Assembly (NCBI RefSeq): GCF_030028105.1 | Contig: NC_092380.1 | Coordinates: 22,097,144 to 22,161,143 of the forward strand | Length of the DNA: 64,000 nt | Origin: Mobula birostris | Taxonomy: Eukaryota | Direction: 5' to 3' | Translations under genes and position numbers: made by a program | Shown: one piece after another, positions 1 through 11,710 of the stretch | Numbering within the stretch: the stretch's first letter is position 1 | Layout: every line of letters begins with the position of its first letter | The notes under the pieces: model-generated | What the model saw: the letters and a program-made list of their open reading frames with translations, nothing else | Database searches by the model: none | Told to the model about the DNA's origin: nothing

Positions 1-839
1 CGTCGCTGGTAGGGCATCACCAGGCTGGGTCGTCAGTGGAGACAGAACAGAGTTAATGACGAACCGTTAACTCCAATCCCTTCTCCACGGATGCTGCACG
101 GCCTGATGAGAACATCCAGCTGTTGCATATACATAGCACCTTTCACTTGACATCCCGAGGCCCTGCACACAGGAATGCTGTGGGATAAATGTTGGCAACA
201 TGCCATGTTATTGGTGGGGGGGGGGGTCAACGAGGAAACCATGAGGGGCATCTTGATGGGGGAGGTGGGAGAAGAGGGGTATTTCAGAGCTCAGGACATT
301 CCCCTCCCCCTCCCGCAGCAGGAGACAAGAATGCCACTGATAGAGCAAATGAAGAAAGAAGTTGGGAATTGTGGGACTGTAGGTCCAGCCAGTTGGTTGG
401 GAAGACGGGAGGGATGGGTGAGGCCTCACTTGCCTGTGCCTGGTGGTGAGAGAGAGATTGGTGCAGCTGCCTGTGCAAGTGGCAGAGGTCTGAACGAGAA
501 GGTGAGAGCAGAGAGTGGAATGAGGCACGACAGCCCCAATGAGCTGATGCAGGACCTCAGCTCCTGAGACTGACCACAACGTTTGCCTCCAGAGCTGAAC
601 GCACGTTAATAATGACCAGAATTCCTTAAATAGTTCTTCCCTTTTTACCTCCATAAAAACTATTGACCTGTCTTCCATACTTCTGTGCTGTATCTAATGG
701 AGACTGGAGGACTGTCTGTGTGGGTGGGTGGGTGTGTGTGTGTGTTTGGTTGGTTGGGTGGGTGGGTGGGAGGTAGGTAGGAACACGGTTTGTTTTGTTG
801 CTTGTGTTCTGTGTTCTGCCGAACATTCGATTCGATATG

Positions 840-1365
840 TCGCCGAAGACACTCGCGAATTTCTACAGGTGTGCCGTAGAGAGCACGCTAACTGGCTGCG
901 TCACTGTTTGGTATTGTGGGGAGGGTGGGGAGTTGGGGAGAGTGGGGTTGGTGGAGCGCAGGATCAAAATAAGCTGCAGAAAGTTGTGAACTCAGTCAGC
1001 TCCATCATGGGCACCAGCCTCCCCAGCATCCAGCACATCTTCAAGGAGCGATACCCCAAAAAGGCGGCATCCATCATTAGGGACTCCCACCACTCAGAAC
1101 ATGCCCTCTCATCAGGGAGGAGGTACAGGAACCTGAAGGCACACACTCAACGATTCAGAAACAGCTTCTTCCGCTCTGCCATCTGATTTCTGACTGGACG
1201 TTGAACCCATGAACACTACCTCACTACTTTCGTTTTCACTTTTTGCACTAACTTAATTTAACTTTTCAATATATATTTACTGTAATTTAGTTTGTATTGC
1301 ACTGTACTGCTGCTGCATAACAGCAAATTTCATGACGTGCCAGTGAGATTAAACCTGATTCTGAC
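840..1365 (+). mobile_element. Rex1/Babar-like LINE 3' fragment
   Basis: Frameshifted LANFYRCAVESTLTGCVTVWY...KKAASIIRDSHH...SGRRYRNLKAHTQRFRNSFF, typical of the RT C-terminus of this clade, followed by its 3' UTR. Confidence 0.75.
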
Positions 1366-1489
1366 ATTGTGGGTAGGCTGTGCTGGTGGTGGAACGTGTG
1401 ATGACACATACGGGCTGTCCCCAGCACATCCTTTGGTTGTGTTGGTTGTTAACGCAGAGGACGCTTTCCGCTCGCTGCCTGTTTCGAGA

Positions 1490-1685
1490 TTCTGTAGAAG
1501 CTGGAAATCCAGAACAACGTGAGCGAAATGCTGGAAGAGCTCAGTGGGTCAGGCAGCATCTATGGAGAGGAATGAACAGTCGACGTTTCAGAATTGAAGG
1601 ATCTCAGTCCGACATATTGACTCTTTATCCCTCTCCGTGGATGCTGCCTGACCTGCTGAGTTCCTCCAGCATTTTGTGAGTGCTA
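1490..1685. mobile_element. Fold-back pair of Penelope pseudo-LTR fragments with decayed hammerhead remnants
   Basis: Arms 1526-1570 and 1630-1674 are reverse complements. Centre holds cagtcgacgtttc, the 3' half of a hammerhead on the minus strand. Confidence 0.7.
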
Positions 1686-2009
1686 CACAACTCGCTGTAT
1701 GTTTCCATGTATGTGTGATATTATACATCTGAATCTGATGAGGGGAGACCGAGAGGCGGGATGAGACACGAGTTCTTATCATTTCTGGTACTCCCTGCCT
1801 GAACAAGTGATAGGAGATCACTTATTAGTAACTTTCCAAAAGGATTTGAAAGGATGAACACTCTGGGGTGAAGGGAAGGGCTAACTTGGGGCAACCATTC
1901 GTGTGTTGGCCCCACTCTCATTCTTTTGACTGTAGATTTATTGTGAGGATTAACCTCTTTCTGTTAATTATGGGATTATATCATAATCACTGGCTCTGCA
2001 TTACAAAAG

Positions 2010-2545
2010 GTCCTGCAGTATAAGGCTTTATAAAGCACTGGTCAGACTGCACTTGGAGTATTGTGAACAGTTTTGGGCCCTTATCTAAGAAAGGATGTGA
2101 ACTGATGCTGGGTCGGGTCCAGAGGACGTTTACGAGAATGATCCCGGGAAAGTAAAAGCTAACGTTTGAGCGTTTGATGTCTCTGGGCCTGTGCTCGCAG
2201 GTTGTTTTGAAGAAGGATGGTGGGTCCTATTGAATATTGAAAGGCCTAGATAGAGTGGACGTGGAGATGATGTTTCTTATAGTGGGGGTGTCTAGGACTC
2301 AGAGATGAGGAATTTAATTAGCCAGAGGGTGGACGAATCTATTGAATTCATTGCCACAGGTGGCTGTGAAGGACAACTCATTGGGCATATTTAAAGCGGA
2401 GGTTGATAGGTTCTTGATTAGTGAGGGTGTCAGAGGTTACAGGGGGAAGGCAGGAGAACGGGGTTGAGAGGGATAATAAATCAGCCACAATGGAATGGCA
2501 GAGAAGACGAAGGGCTGAATGACCTCATTCTGCTCCTTTGCCTTA
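2010..2545 (+). mobile_element. CR1-clade LINE 3' fragment
   Basis: Encodes decayed LEYCEQFW.P...; ends in the gggctgaatg.cct.attctgctcct tail shared by many copies here. Confidence 0.75.
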
Positions 2546-2899
2546 AATGACAAACAGAAACACTCTCCCAATCAAATTTTAGTCAGCAGATAAGCAGCTG
2601 AATGTGTGTAAGCCTGTATGAGGAGCCAGTCTAAGAGCTTTAACAACTGCGTGTCTTGAGAATCGTCCTAGACTCCCTCAGCCACCTGTCCCATCCATAG
2701 CACTTCCCAAATCTGTGCGGTCTCACTGCCTGCATCTAACACCTCCAAATCCTCGCCAACTTAAATACAAAAGGAGATGGAGAAAATATGGAGATGAGAT
2801 GATAGGGATGGTGTGATGGAGGGAAAGTGGAGATGAAATGATAGGGATGATATAATGGCATTGGAGAAGATGCTAAGGAGATTTCCTTAGGATCTCTCA

Positions 2900-3400
2900 T
2901 TGGAGAGAGTCCAGAGGAGGTTCACAAGGATGGTTCTGGGAATGAAGGGGTTAAGAGCGTTTGACAGCTTTGGGCCTGTACTCATTGGAATTTAGAAGAA
3001 TGCAGGGAGATCTCATTGAAACCTACTGAGCGTTGAAAGGGCTGGATAGGGTGGATGTAGGGAGGATGTTTCCTATGGTGGGAGTATCCAGAACTAGAGG
3101 GTACAGCCTCAAAATTGAGGGGCGACCCTTTTAGAACAGAGGTAAGGAGGAAATTTTTTTAGCCAGAGAGTAGTAAATCTGTGGAATGCTCTGCCACAGA
3201 TTGTGGTGGAGGCCAAGTCCGTGCATAAATTTAAGACACAAGTTGATAGTTTCCTGATCGGACAGGACATCAAAGGATATAGCGAGAAGGCAGGTGTATG
3301 GGGTTGAGTGGGATCCGGGATCAGCCGTGATGGAATGGCAGAGCAGACTTGATGGGCTGAATGGCCTAATTCTGCTCCTATGTCTTATGGTCTTATGGAA
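2900..3400 (+). mobile_element. CR1-clade LINE 3' fragment
   Basis: Highly similar to 16395-16910; ends gatgggctgaatggcctaattctgctcctatgtcttatggtcttatgg. Confidence 0.8.
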
Positions 3401-3604
3401 TGGGGCATTTCAGTTACGAGGAGAGATTGGAGAGACTGGGATTGTTTTCCCCGGAGTGGAGGAGGCGGTGGAAATGTCTGAGGGATGTGTATAAAACAAT
3501 GAGGTGCGTTGATATAGTGGACGGTGATAAACCTCAGAAACCAGAAGACACATGTTGAAGGTGAGGGGTTTAGGAGGCAGAGCTTTTCACTCAGGAGGTA
3601 AAGA

Positions 3605-3875
3605 TAACGATTAGCTTTATTAGTGACGTGCATTGAAACGAACAGTTGCTTTGTGTACATGACCCAACAGTCCGCAGATGAGCTGGGGGCAGCCTGCAAG
3701 TGTCGCCATACTTCTGGAGCCAACGTGGCATGCCCACAACTGACTTACCCTAACCCGTACATCTGGGAGGAAACCAGAGCACCCGGAGGAAACCCACGTG
3801 GTCACGGGGAAGACTTACATATTCCACACGGACAGAGGCGGGAATGGAATCCCGACTAAAGCGTTGCACTAACTG
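3605..3875 (-). mobile_element. V-SINE (HE1-like) with LINE-derived tail
   Basis: Reverse complement contains the V-domain gggtttcctccgggtgctctggtttcctccc and the shared ...gctgcccccagc...aataaagctaatc tail. Confidence 0.75.
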
Positions 3876-4309
3876 CGCAAAGGTGGAATGTGGAACACAA
3901 TTCCTCATGGAATGCAGAGGCAGAGACTTCTCACAGAGGAATCTAGCCGAGCACGTGAATCAGCACAGCTATAGGCTAGGTGCTGGTAAATCAGATGAGC
4001 ACAGATGGTTCTCTAGTGGTCCGAAGACCTCTCCGAATTGGATGACATCGACAAGGCACGCTTGGAGTGAGAAACCTCTCCCCATGATGGAGACATCTGA
4101 AACCAGAATGTAAGATCAGAGGTGAGGGTGTTCTGGTCACCCTGTGATAGAAGATTGTCATTAAATTGGAGAGAGTACAGAAAGATATTCAACAATTGGG
4201 ACTTGAGGGCTTGAGTTACGAGGAGAGACGGCAGACTGGGTCTATTTTCCCTGGAGCACAGGAGACTGAGGAGTGACTTTAATCATTTCGACCATGGATA
4301 ATACATTTT

Positions 4310-5105
4310 AGATGTGTTCAAAACGCAAGCCAGGGCAGTGCGATATGTGGAGCAGGCTTCCCCACTCCACACAGCTGATGAAGCCAAAGGAATGGCAGAG
4401 ACTGATACAGTTTGGTATCAGCACCATCGCAGGAGTTGCCAGTCAGTGTTGAACTCAACGTAGGACTGTCTTAGGGACTTCAGTTCTGGATTTTTGCTTG
4501 GGGTTTACTCCCAAAGCCTTCCCCGTGTGTGGGTAGAGCCGCAGGGCAATGGAGGTTTGAGATCAGTTTTCTTTCTCCAAGAGGAGCTGCCAACCACGGC
4601 TGACAAGCCCCATCTGCCCAAAGTGACTGGTCTTAAGGTGCCAGTACCCCGACTTTGCTCCTTCTCCTGTCAGTAGAAACGGTTCCACTGGGCTTAGTAG
4701 CTGGGCCACGCATGAAGATCTGGAGCTGGACTTGGTTGTCAGAGGCTATTTGAGATGTACACCATTAAGAGCATTAAATTGGCCGGCTGGTGGCGCAATG
4801 GCATTAGCGCCGGACTCCGGAGCGAAGGCTCCCAAGTTCGAATCCAAGTCAGGCCAGCCCCCGAGCACGCTTTCCATCTGTGCTGGGTTGAGCATCGAGC
4901 TAGCCACTCGGCCTCGTTAAAAAACAAGGGTCGAGTCAGGAATGTTCATATCGTTTCCCAGTTAATCCGAAAAGAGACCAATTCTGACACTATGCACGAG
5001 ACAAGAACGGCTGACACGATTAAAATAAAAATTGGTAGTGGGAGCTCATCCCCACTTCCTCGCCCTGCCTCTGCCCCCTCCCCCCCGCCATCTATGACAA
5101 CTTTC
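4310..5105 (-). mobile_element. Non-autonomous retroposon (second copy at 49250-49845), interrupted by a tRNA-SINE
   Basis: Colinear similarity with 49250-49845 (e.g. ctgtcttagggacttcag versus ctgccttagggactccgg; gtcagtagaaacggttcc). No ORF. Clade not determined. Confidence 0.55.
4781..5030 (+). mobile_element. tRNA-derived SINE
   Basis: Pol III A box (tggcgcaatgg) and B box (gttcgaatcc), then a non-tRNA body. Flanked by an aaattgg direct repeat. Related copies at 45277-45589 (-) and about 10155-10300. Confidence 0.75.
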
Positions 5106-5649
5106 AAGATCCAATGACTTTATAGATGTTTATAAAGTCATGGGGAGGATAGATAAGGTGAAAGGTCACGATCTTTACCCGGCCCCCAGGGTAGGAAGAT
5201 TCAAAACTAGAGGGCATGGGTCTAAAGTGAGTGGGTGAGATTTAGGTGGGACCTGAGGGGAAACTTTTCCCACACAGAGGGTGGTGGGTATGTGGAATGA
5301 GTCTCAGAGGAAGTAGTAGGGGTGGGTGCAGTCATATTTCAAAGACATTTGGACAGGTACGAGGATGGAAAAGGTTTAGAGGGATGTGGGCCAAATGCAG
5401 ACAAAAGGACCAGCTTTGGTAGGCACCTGTTTTCTGTGCTTTTGACATAATGACAGCAAGAATGGATGATCTGACTATTGGTCACCTCAGCTGAAGTTGT
5501 TAGACGTGAAGACACAGGAGCAGAAGCCGGCCATTTGGCCCATCGAGTCTGCTCCGCCATTGACTGATTTATTTTCCCCTTCAGCTCTATTCTACTCCTG
5601 ACTTGTCTGCGTCACGTTTGACATCATGGAGTAGTCGGGCTGAATGGAT

Positions 5650-6095
5650 ATGCTGTCATTGGAGAAAGTTCGAAGGATGTTTACGTGAATAATCCTGGGA
5701 ATGAAGGGGTTAACACACCAGAAACATTTGATGTCTCTGGGCTTGTACTCAGTGGAGTTTAGCAGAATGAGAGTGGGATCTCATTGAAACCTTTATTGAA
5801 TATTGAAGGTCTAGAGTGAACGTGGAGAGGATGTTTCCTATAGTTAGGGGTGTCTCGAACCAGAGGGCACAGAATAGAAAGATGTCCTTTAGAAGAGAGA
5901 TGGAGGAATTTCTTTAGAGGTCGGTGATCCTGTGGATGGTTGTGGTGTCCAAGTCATTGGATATATTTAAAGCGGAGACTGAGAGGTTCTTGGGATGTCA
6001 AAGGTTACTGGAAGAAGGCAGGAGAGAGGGAAAGTAAATCAGCCATGATCGAGCAGACTCGATGCACCTAATTCTGCTCTTGTGTCTTTGGTATT
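5650..6095 (+). mobile_element. CR1-clade LINE 3' fragment
   Basis: Same family as 2900-3400. Confidence 0.7.
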
Positions 6096-6629
6096 GTAAC
6101 ATTCTACCAACCTCTGGCCTGGTGGTGGAGAGTCCTTCACGAATCACTTGTCAGATGAACCTCCGATCTGGTTTTCTCCCCATGTGACCCTCAGGAGAGG
6201 GCTGGAGATTCAGTGATGGTAATGCCATTGAGGGAGGACCGTTGGGCAGGTGGGGAGGCCCTCTCTTGTTGATGAGGGTTGTCCTGGCCCTTGTGAGGTG
6301 TGAATTTCACTCGCCCCAATGAGGGTGGGGAGAACGCTTTGCTACTTGTGGTAGGGGACTGCTGCAGTGTCTAAGGACGTACAAGTGGGTCTCAACAGCT
6401 CACTGCCATCAATAGGCACTTCACTTCACACCAAGTTGTGGCGAGAAGGATGTGGATGAAGCGGCTGGAAACAGTTGGGCCTTGGGCAAGGCCCATTGCC
6501 CCAGGGTTGTCCTGGAAGTAGGAGGAAGTAAAGAATCGAGTGTCGGGCTGGGTAGGGTAAAAATAATGGATTTTCTTCCCATGGTGAACCATAACTCTAT
6601 TTAGATTTTGGTTGGGAGGGGGTGGTGGG

Positions 6630-6885
6630 CATCACGGTAGCATAGCAGGGCGTCGACGCTGTTGTTGCTCGGGGCGTCAGAGTTCAATTCCGGTGTCTTC
6701 TGTAAGTAAGTTTGTACGTTCCTTCCTGTGTACGCGTGGGTTTCCCCTGGGTGCTCTGGTTCCCCCCCCCCCCCACAGTCCAAAGACATACCATTAGGAA
6801 GGTTAACTGGTTGTTGTAAATTGTCCCGTGATTAGGCTAGGGTTAAATTGGTGGGTTGCTGGGCGACGCTGCTCTAAGTAAATAA
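6630..6885 (+). mobile_element. V-SINE (HE1-like)
   Basis: tRNA-like head (gagttcaattcc) followed by the V-domain. Confidence 0.7.
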
Positions 6886-7999
6886 ATGGCTAAATCTATC
6901 AGCTGCACATCGGAACGTACGGTGAAAAGCGTCGTTTGCACCAACAACCAACGCACCCGGGGATGCGCTGGGGGCAGTCCGCAAGTGCGGCCACTCGTTC
7001 CGGTGTCAGCACAGCGTGCAGAGCGACACAAGCAGCGTAGCCATCGCCCCAGGTTCACCTCCAATGACCACCACCTTCAGCATGGCGTGTGGCCCTAATC
7101 GGATGAGAGCTTGCCTCGATTCTCTTATCACCTGTTTTACCTTGATGCCGCAGAAGGCCGCCTTGGTGTCGAGTGGCAGTCAACCTCAGCCCGTCCCTGG
7201 ACTTCTGGCTGTCTCGGGTCTGGAAGTGAGCTGCCCTGGTAGAACCCAGACTGACCATTAGTGACTGGGGTATTGGTGAGGAGCCGACGCTACGTAGCAC
7301 TGAGGAGGACATCTTTAATCATACAGACACCGTGGAAATAGGCCGCTCGGCCCTTCTATTTGCCCACACTTAGCCTGTATCCCTTTCCAATCCATCTACC
7401 TGTCCGCGTGTCTTTTGAATCTGGTCAATGTACCTTCCTCAACCAGCTCATTCCCAAAGAGGGCCATCCTGTGAGTGAAACTGTTGCCCCTCAGGGGTGG
7501 TGGTAGAGGCAGATACATTAGGGGCATTTAGAAGACTGGGGCACATGGATGATGGAAGAATGGAGGGCTATGTTGGGGGTGGGGAAGTGTTAGATTGATC
7601 TTGGAGTTAGCTTAAGGTTTGGCACAACATTGTGGGCTGAAGGGCCTGTACTGTGCTGTAATGTTCGAAGCTCCCTGTACAGATTCCAATTAAACCTTTC
7701 CCTTCTCACCCTAAACCTTTGCCCTTGATTCTCCAGCCCTGGGAGAATGACTGGGGGCACACCCCCCATCTCTGCCCCTCCATGGTGCTGGTGATTGGGA
7801 ATAGGCCGGTGCATCAGTAATTGGGTCAGTCTGTGACCTTTCGTCAAGTGGCTGCTTAACCTCTGACCCCGGCGAGGGCGGGTGAAATAGGGCTGAGATC
7901 TGGCATTTGTGACATGAACGTAACCAAGAGCCTTTCGGTCAGCACCTGCTCGATTGTTCAGTGAAATCATGGCCAACCTTGGGATAAAACATCAATTAA

Positions 8000-8680
8000 A
8001 GTTAGCCTTATTTGTTACCTCAAAACATACAGTGACCTACATTGTTTGGGGTCAAATCAAACCAGCAGGGATTGTGCTGGGGGCAGCCGCCAAGTGTCGC
8101 CAAGCTTTCCATATCAACACAGAATGTCCACAACTCACTAACTCTAATCCACACATCTTTGGACTGTGAGCACCCAGAGGAAACCCACACGGTCACGGGG
8201 AAAACATACAAAATCCTCAAGGATGGTGGTGAGAATTGAACCTGGATCACTGGGGCTGTAAACATTACACTACCGTCAGACCAGATTAGATCTGCTTTAC
8301 CGGTCACCAGCATCAAGTAGAAAGTATGAAATGCGTCTTTTTTTTTTTGCATCATCGTTTGTGATCTGCTGGAAGTGTCGCCACACTTCCAACGCCAACG
8401 GAACATGTCCACGGCTTACAAACACTTACATCTTTGGAATGTGGGAGGAAACGGGAGCACTGGGGGAAACCCACACTGTCATGGGGAGAACGTGCAGACT
8501 CAATACAGGCAGCAGCAGGAATTGAACGGCAGCCGGTAACCATGGATGCTGTAAAGCAGATGGGCAGCAGCGGGAATTGAACGGCAGCCGGTAACCGCGG
8601 ATGCTGTAAAGTGTACGGGCAGCAGCGGGAATCGAACCGCGGATGCTGTAAAGCGATCACTTGTTACTCCTACGCCACCC
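8000..8680 (-). mobile_element. Two V-SINE copies, the second with a tandemly amplified B-box region
   Basis: V-domain reverse complements at about 8170 and 8450. A unit of about 55 bp (gcagcagcgggaattgaacggcagccggtaacc...gatgctgtaaag) is repeated three times at 8508-8653. Confidence 0.65.
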
Positions 8681-10981
8681 TGCACCAATATCATAACCTC
8701 CTGGAATCGCGCCTACCGATTCTCCGCTGCCCTCCGGGAGAGGGAAGTTCCAAAGGAATTCCTTCCCATCCTGGTACTGGGGGGTCAGCCACTTGTTCTG
8801 AGGCTGTGACCACCCCTCCCCCCAGCCCAAAGCAGGGTCTCGACCAGAAACCCTCTCAGCTGCCACTCGGCAGGCCAAGCAGCTGTGGAAGGCGCTTCTG
8901 GCAGCATGGTGGGGTAGTGGTTAGCACACCAGCTTACAGCACGAGTGATCGATGATTGGGGTTCGACTCCCACCGCCGCTGCCTGGATGGACTTTGTACA
9001 TTCTTTCCCATGACCGTGCGGGCTTTCTCCCAGGTTCCAAGGACTTGGTTGCGGTTAATGAATTGTAGGGGTGAATTGGTGCCAGAATAGTGTCAACACT
9101 TGCCCAGCACAATTCCCACCGATTAGATTTGACGCCAATGATGCATTTTGCTGTACGTGTGACAAATAAAGCTCATCCCGCTTTAAAAATTCCTGCTTCA
9201 GGACAGATAAATAGCCCCAGGTGGTACCTAAGCTGAGGATCATCGCTTTGACCTCAGCTTTGGTAGTTGGCGTAATGGCATCAACACCGGAACAAAGTTT
9301 TCAAAGGTACATTTAATGTCAGAGAAATGTCTACATGCATCCTGAAATGCTCTTTCTTTGCAACCATCCACGAAAACAGAGGAGTGCCCCAAAGAATGAA
9401 TGACAGTTACATTAGAACCCCAAAGTCTACCCCTAGCTCTCCTCCCCCCCCCGCGTGTAAGCAGCAGCAAACAATGATCCCCCTGCCCCCCACCAGCAAA
9501 AAGAAATGCATCGGCACCTGCCACCGAGCACTCAAGCGTGCAGCAAAGCAACAGCGAAGACACAGACTTGCAGTACCCCAAAGACAACTCGTTCACCCGG
9601 TATTCGACATACCACAGGCTCTCTCTCTCTCCCTAACAAAGGAAAAAGTGATGTCTCCATTTCACAGCGAGAGGGAAGACATAAGAAACAACAAATTGAT
9701 TTACGATGTTAAAAGTCCGTTGTGTCACTTTTTCCGAGCTCTATGCCCAAAGAGCTCGGGTCTCTGGGCACACAGCCAGCAGCCAGCTCGCTGCTTTCGA
9801 TCTTCTGCCTCCCACAACACACCGAATTCCTGCAGAGACACCTACCTTCAGTCCGCTCGTCTCCAGAGCCACGAGATCTCGGACCCCCAAAGGCAAGCAA
9901 AGCTCCTAGGCCGCATCCTTGGCATATCGAATAACGGGCAGTCGTGAAACCCCGAGAGTGGGTCCCATTCCCACAAAGAATGGTAGTCAGCATGTAACTC
10001 CAGGTCAGGGTCTTCAAAAGAACCCCGAAAGGGAAAAATAGAGATATTAAAGATAGAAATAGAGCTGTTTCCAAAGATGCAAACAAAGGAGTCGGTGTTA
10101 GGTGCCATTATCCCTCCTAAGCTCCTCCTCCTCCTCCCCCGAGGAGAGACGAGTGGTCTCGGGTTCAAATCTGGCCAGCTCCTTGCATCCGTGCTGGGTT
10201 GAGCATCGAGCTAGCTACTCTGCCTCGTCAAAAACAGACAAAGTAGTAAAGAAATGGCAGGGTTGCCGCCTGATGTACCGCAAGGCGCGGAGAGGAACAT
10301 GGTTAGTAGCTGAGTTGGGGCTTCGATAATAACATCTGGAATGTGAATCGGATGTGTACAGGGAAGGTGAGGAATTTGGTAGGGTTTTGTTGGTGGTAAG
10401 GACAGTTCTGTGATGATAGGTATAATACAAGAATGTCGCAGTAATAAAGGAAGTATTGGTTAGGCCACAACTGCGTTATCAGCCATTGTTCTGGTCAGAG
10501 TGTGAATGCAGTGGAGAGAGTGCACAGGGTTTTACCGGGGTTTATAGAGACGTGGGGCTAAAGGGGCAATTTATGACACCTGGACACACTTTTACTTTTT
10601 AAAATTAGTTTTATTTATTGAGATACAGCACAGAGTAGGCCCTTACCTCCCTTTAAACCAGGCTGCCCAGCAACCCCTAATTTAACCCTAGCCTAATCAT
10701 GGGTCGATTTATCAATGACCAGTTAACCTACCAACTGGTATGTCTTTGGACTGTGGGGGGAGGGAAGGGCAATAGAGGAAACCCACGCTGTCAGAGGGAG
10801 AGAATGTGCAAACTCCTTACAGACAGCGGAGGGAATTGATCCTGGTTGCTGGTACTATAAAATGTCGCGTTAACCGCCACACTGCTGAGCCGCCCCAGGT
10901 GAACAGGAAGAACCCATTTCTGAGATGCAAGACATTCTTGCAGAAGAATCGACTTTCTCTTTTCCGAGCCTTGGATAGCTA

Positions 10982-11296
10982 CGAGGGGTGATTGATAAGT
11001 TCCCTAAGGTCGAAGGAGTCAATTTTAGAAAACCTAGCGCATTTATTTTTCAGCATAGTCCCCTCCTACATTTACACACTTAGTCCAACGGTCGTGGAGC
11101 ATACGGATCCCTTCTTTGTAGAAGTGGTCCACAACAGGGGTGATTGATAAGTTCGTGGCCCGAGGTAGAAGGAGATGGGTTATTAACTTCAAACTTTCTG
11201 TATTTTCACTCAGAGTTGAACTGCACGTGCATGTAACGAGAGCTGTATAATTCATCTCCTTCTACCTTAGGCCACAAACTTATCAATCACCCCTCG
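10982..11296 (-). mobile_element. Mariner-derived non-autonomous element
   Basis: TIRs cgaggggtgattgataagtt / aacttatcaatcacccctcg flanked by TA on both sides. Internal fragment encodes FYKEGIRMLHDRWTKCVNVGGDYAEK*, the mariner transposase C-terminus. A third TIR copy sits at about 11137. Confidence 0.9.
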
Positions 11297-11483
11297 TAAA
11301 GGCCTCTGTCTTGTTCCCGAGAGGACTGACTGTGTACGAGATGGGAAAAAGTAAATAGTTACAGTTATTTGAAGCAGTGCGAGGGCATAAACCCCCCCCC
11401 CCACCCTTTTGTTTATGATGTACGAGGATGTGCGTTTGAGGAGCCGACAACCCTGGACTCTGATCTGGGAGGTAACCAGCGCA

Positions 11484-11710
11484 CTTGCCGCTATCTGTCT
11501 GTAAGGAGTTTGTACGTTCTCCCTCTGACCGCATGGGTTTCCTCCGAGTGCTCCGGTTTCCTCCCACAGCCCAAAGACGTACCAGTTGGTAGGTTAATTA
11601 GTCATTGTAAATTGTCCCGTGATTAGGCCAGGATTAACTCAGGGAACTGCTGGGCAGCGAGGCTCGAGGAGCCGGAAGAGCCTGTTCACATTGTATCTCA
11701 ATAAGTAAAT
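11484..11710 (+). mobile_element. V-SINE (5'-truncated)
   Basis: ctgtaaggagtttgtacgttctccc...gggtttcctccgagtgctccggtttcctcccac. Confidence 0.75.

Noticed and set aside
4372-4410. CTGATGA-AGCC...GGC as another hammerhead
   Set aside because: No GAAA after the stem, no stem I, and the motif is not kept in the sibling copy near 49415.
4781-4855. Possible tRNA gene
   Set aside because: It has A and B boxes but no proper acceptor stem or terminator, continues into a SINE body, and is repeated elsewhere with TSDs.
9240-10168. 206-aa ORF at 9327 and neighbouring ORFs
   Set aside because: They lie in what looks like a LINE-UTR-derived repeat; no recognisable domain or splice structure.
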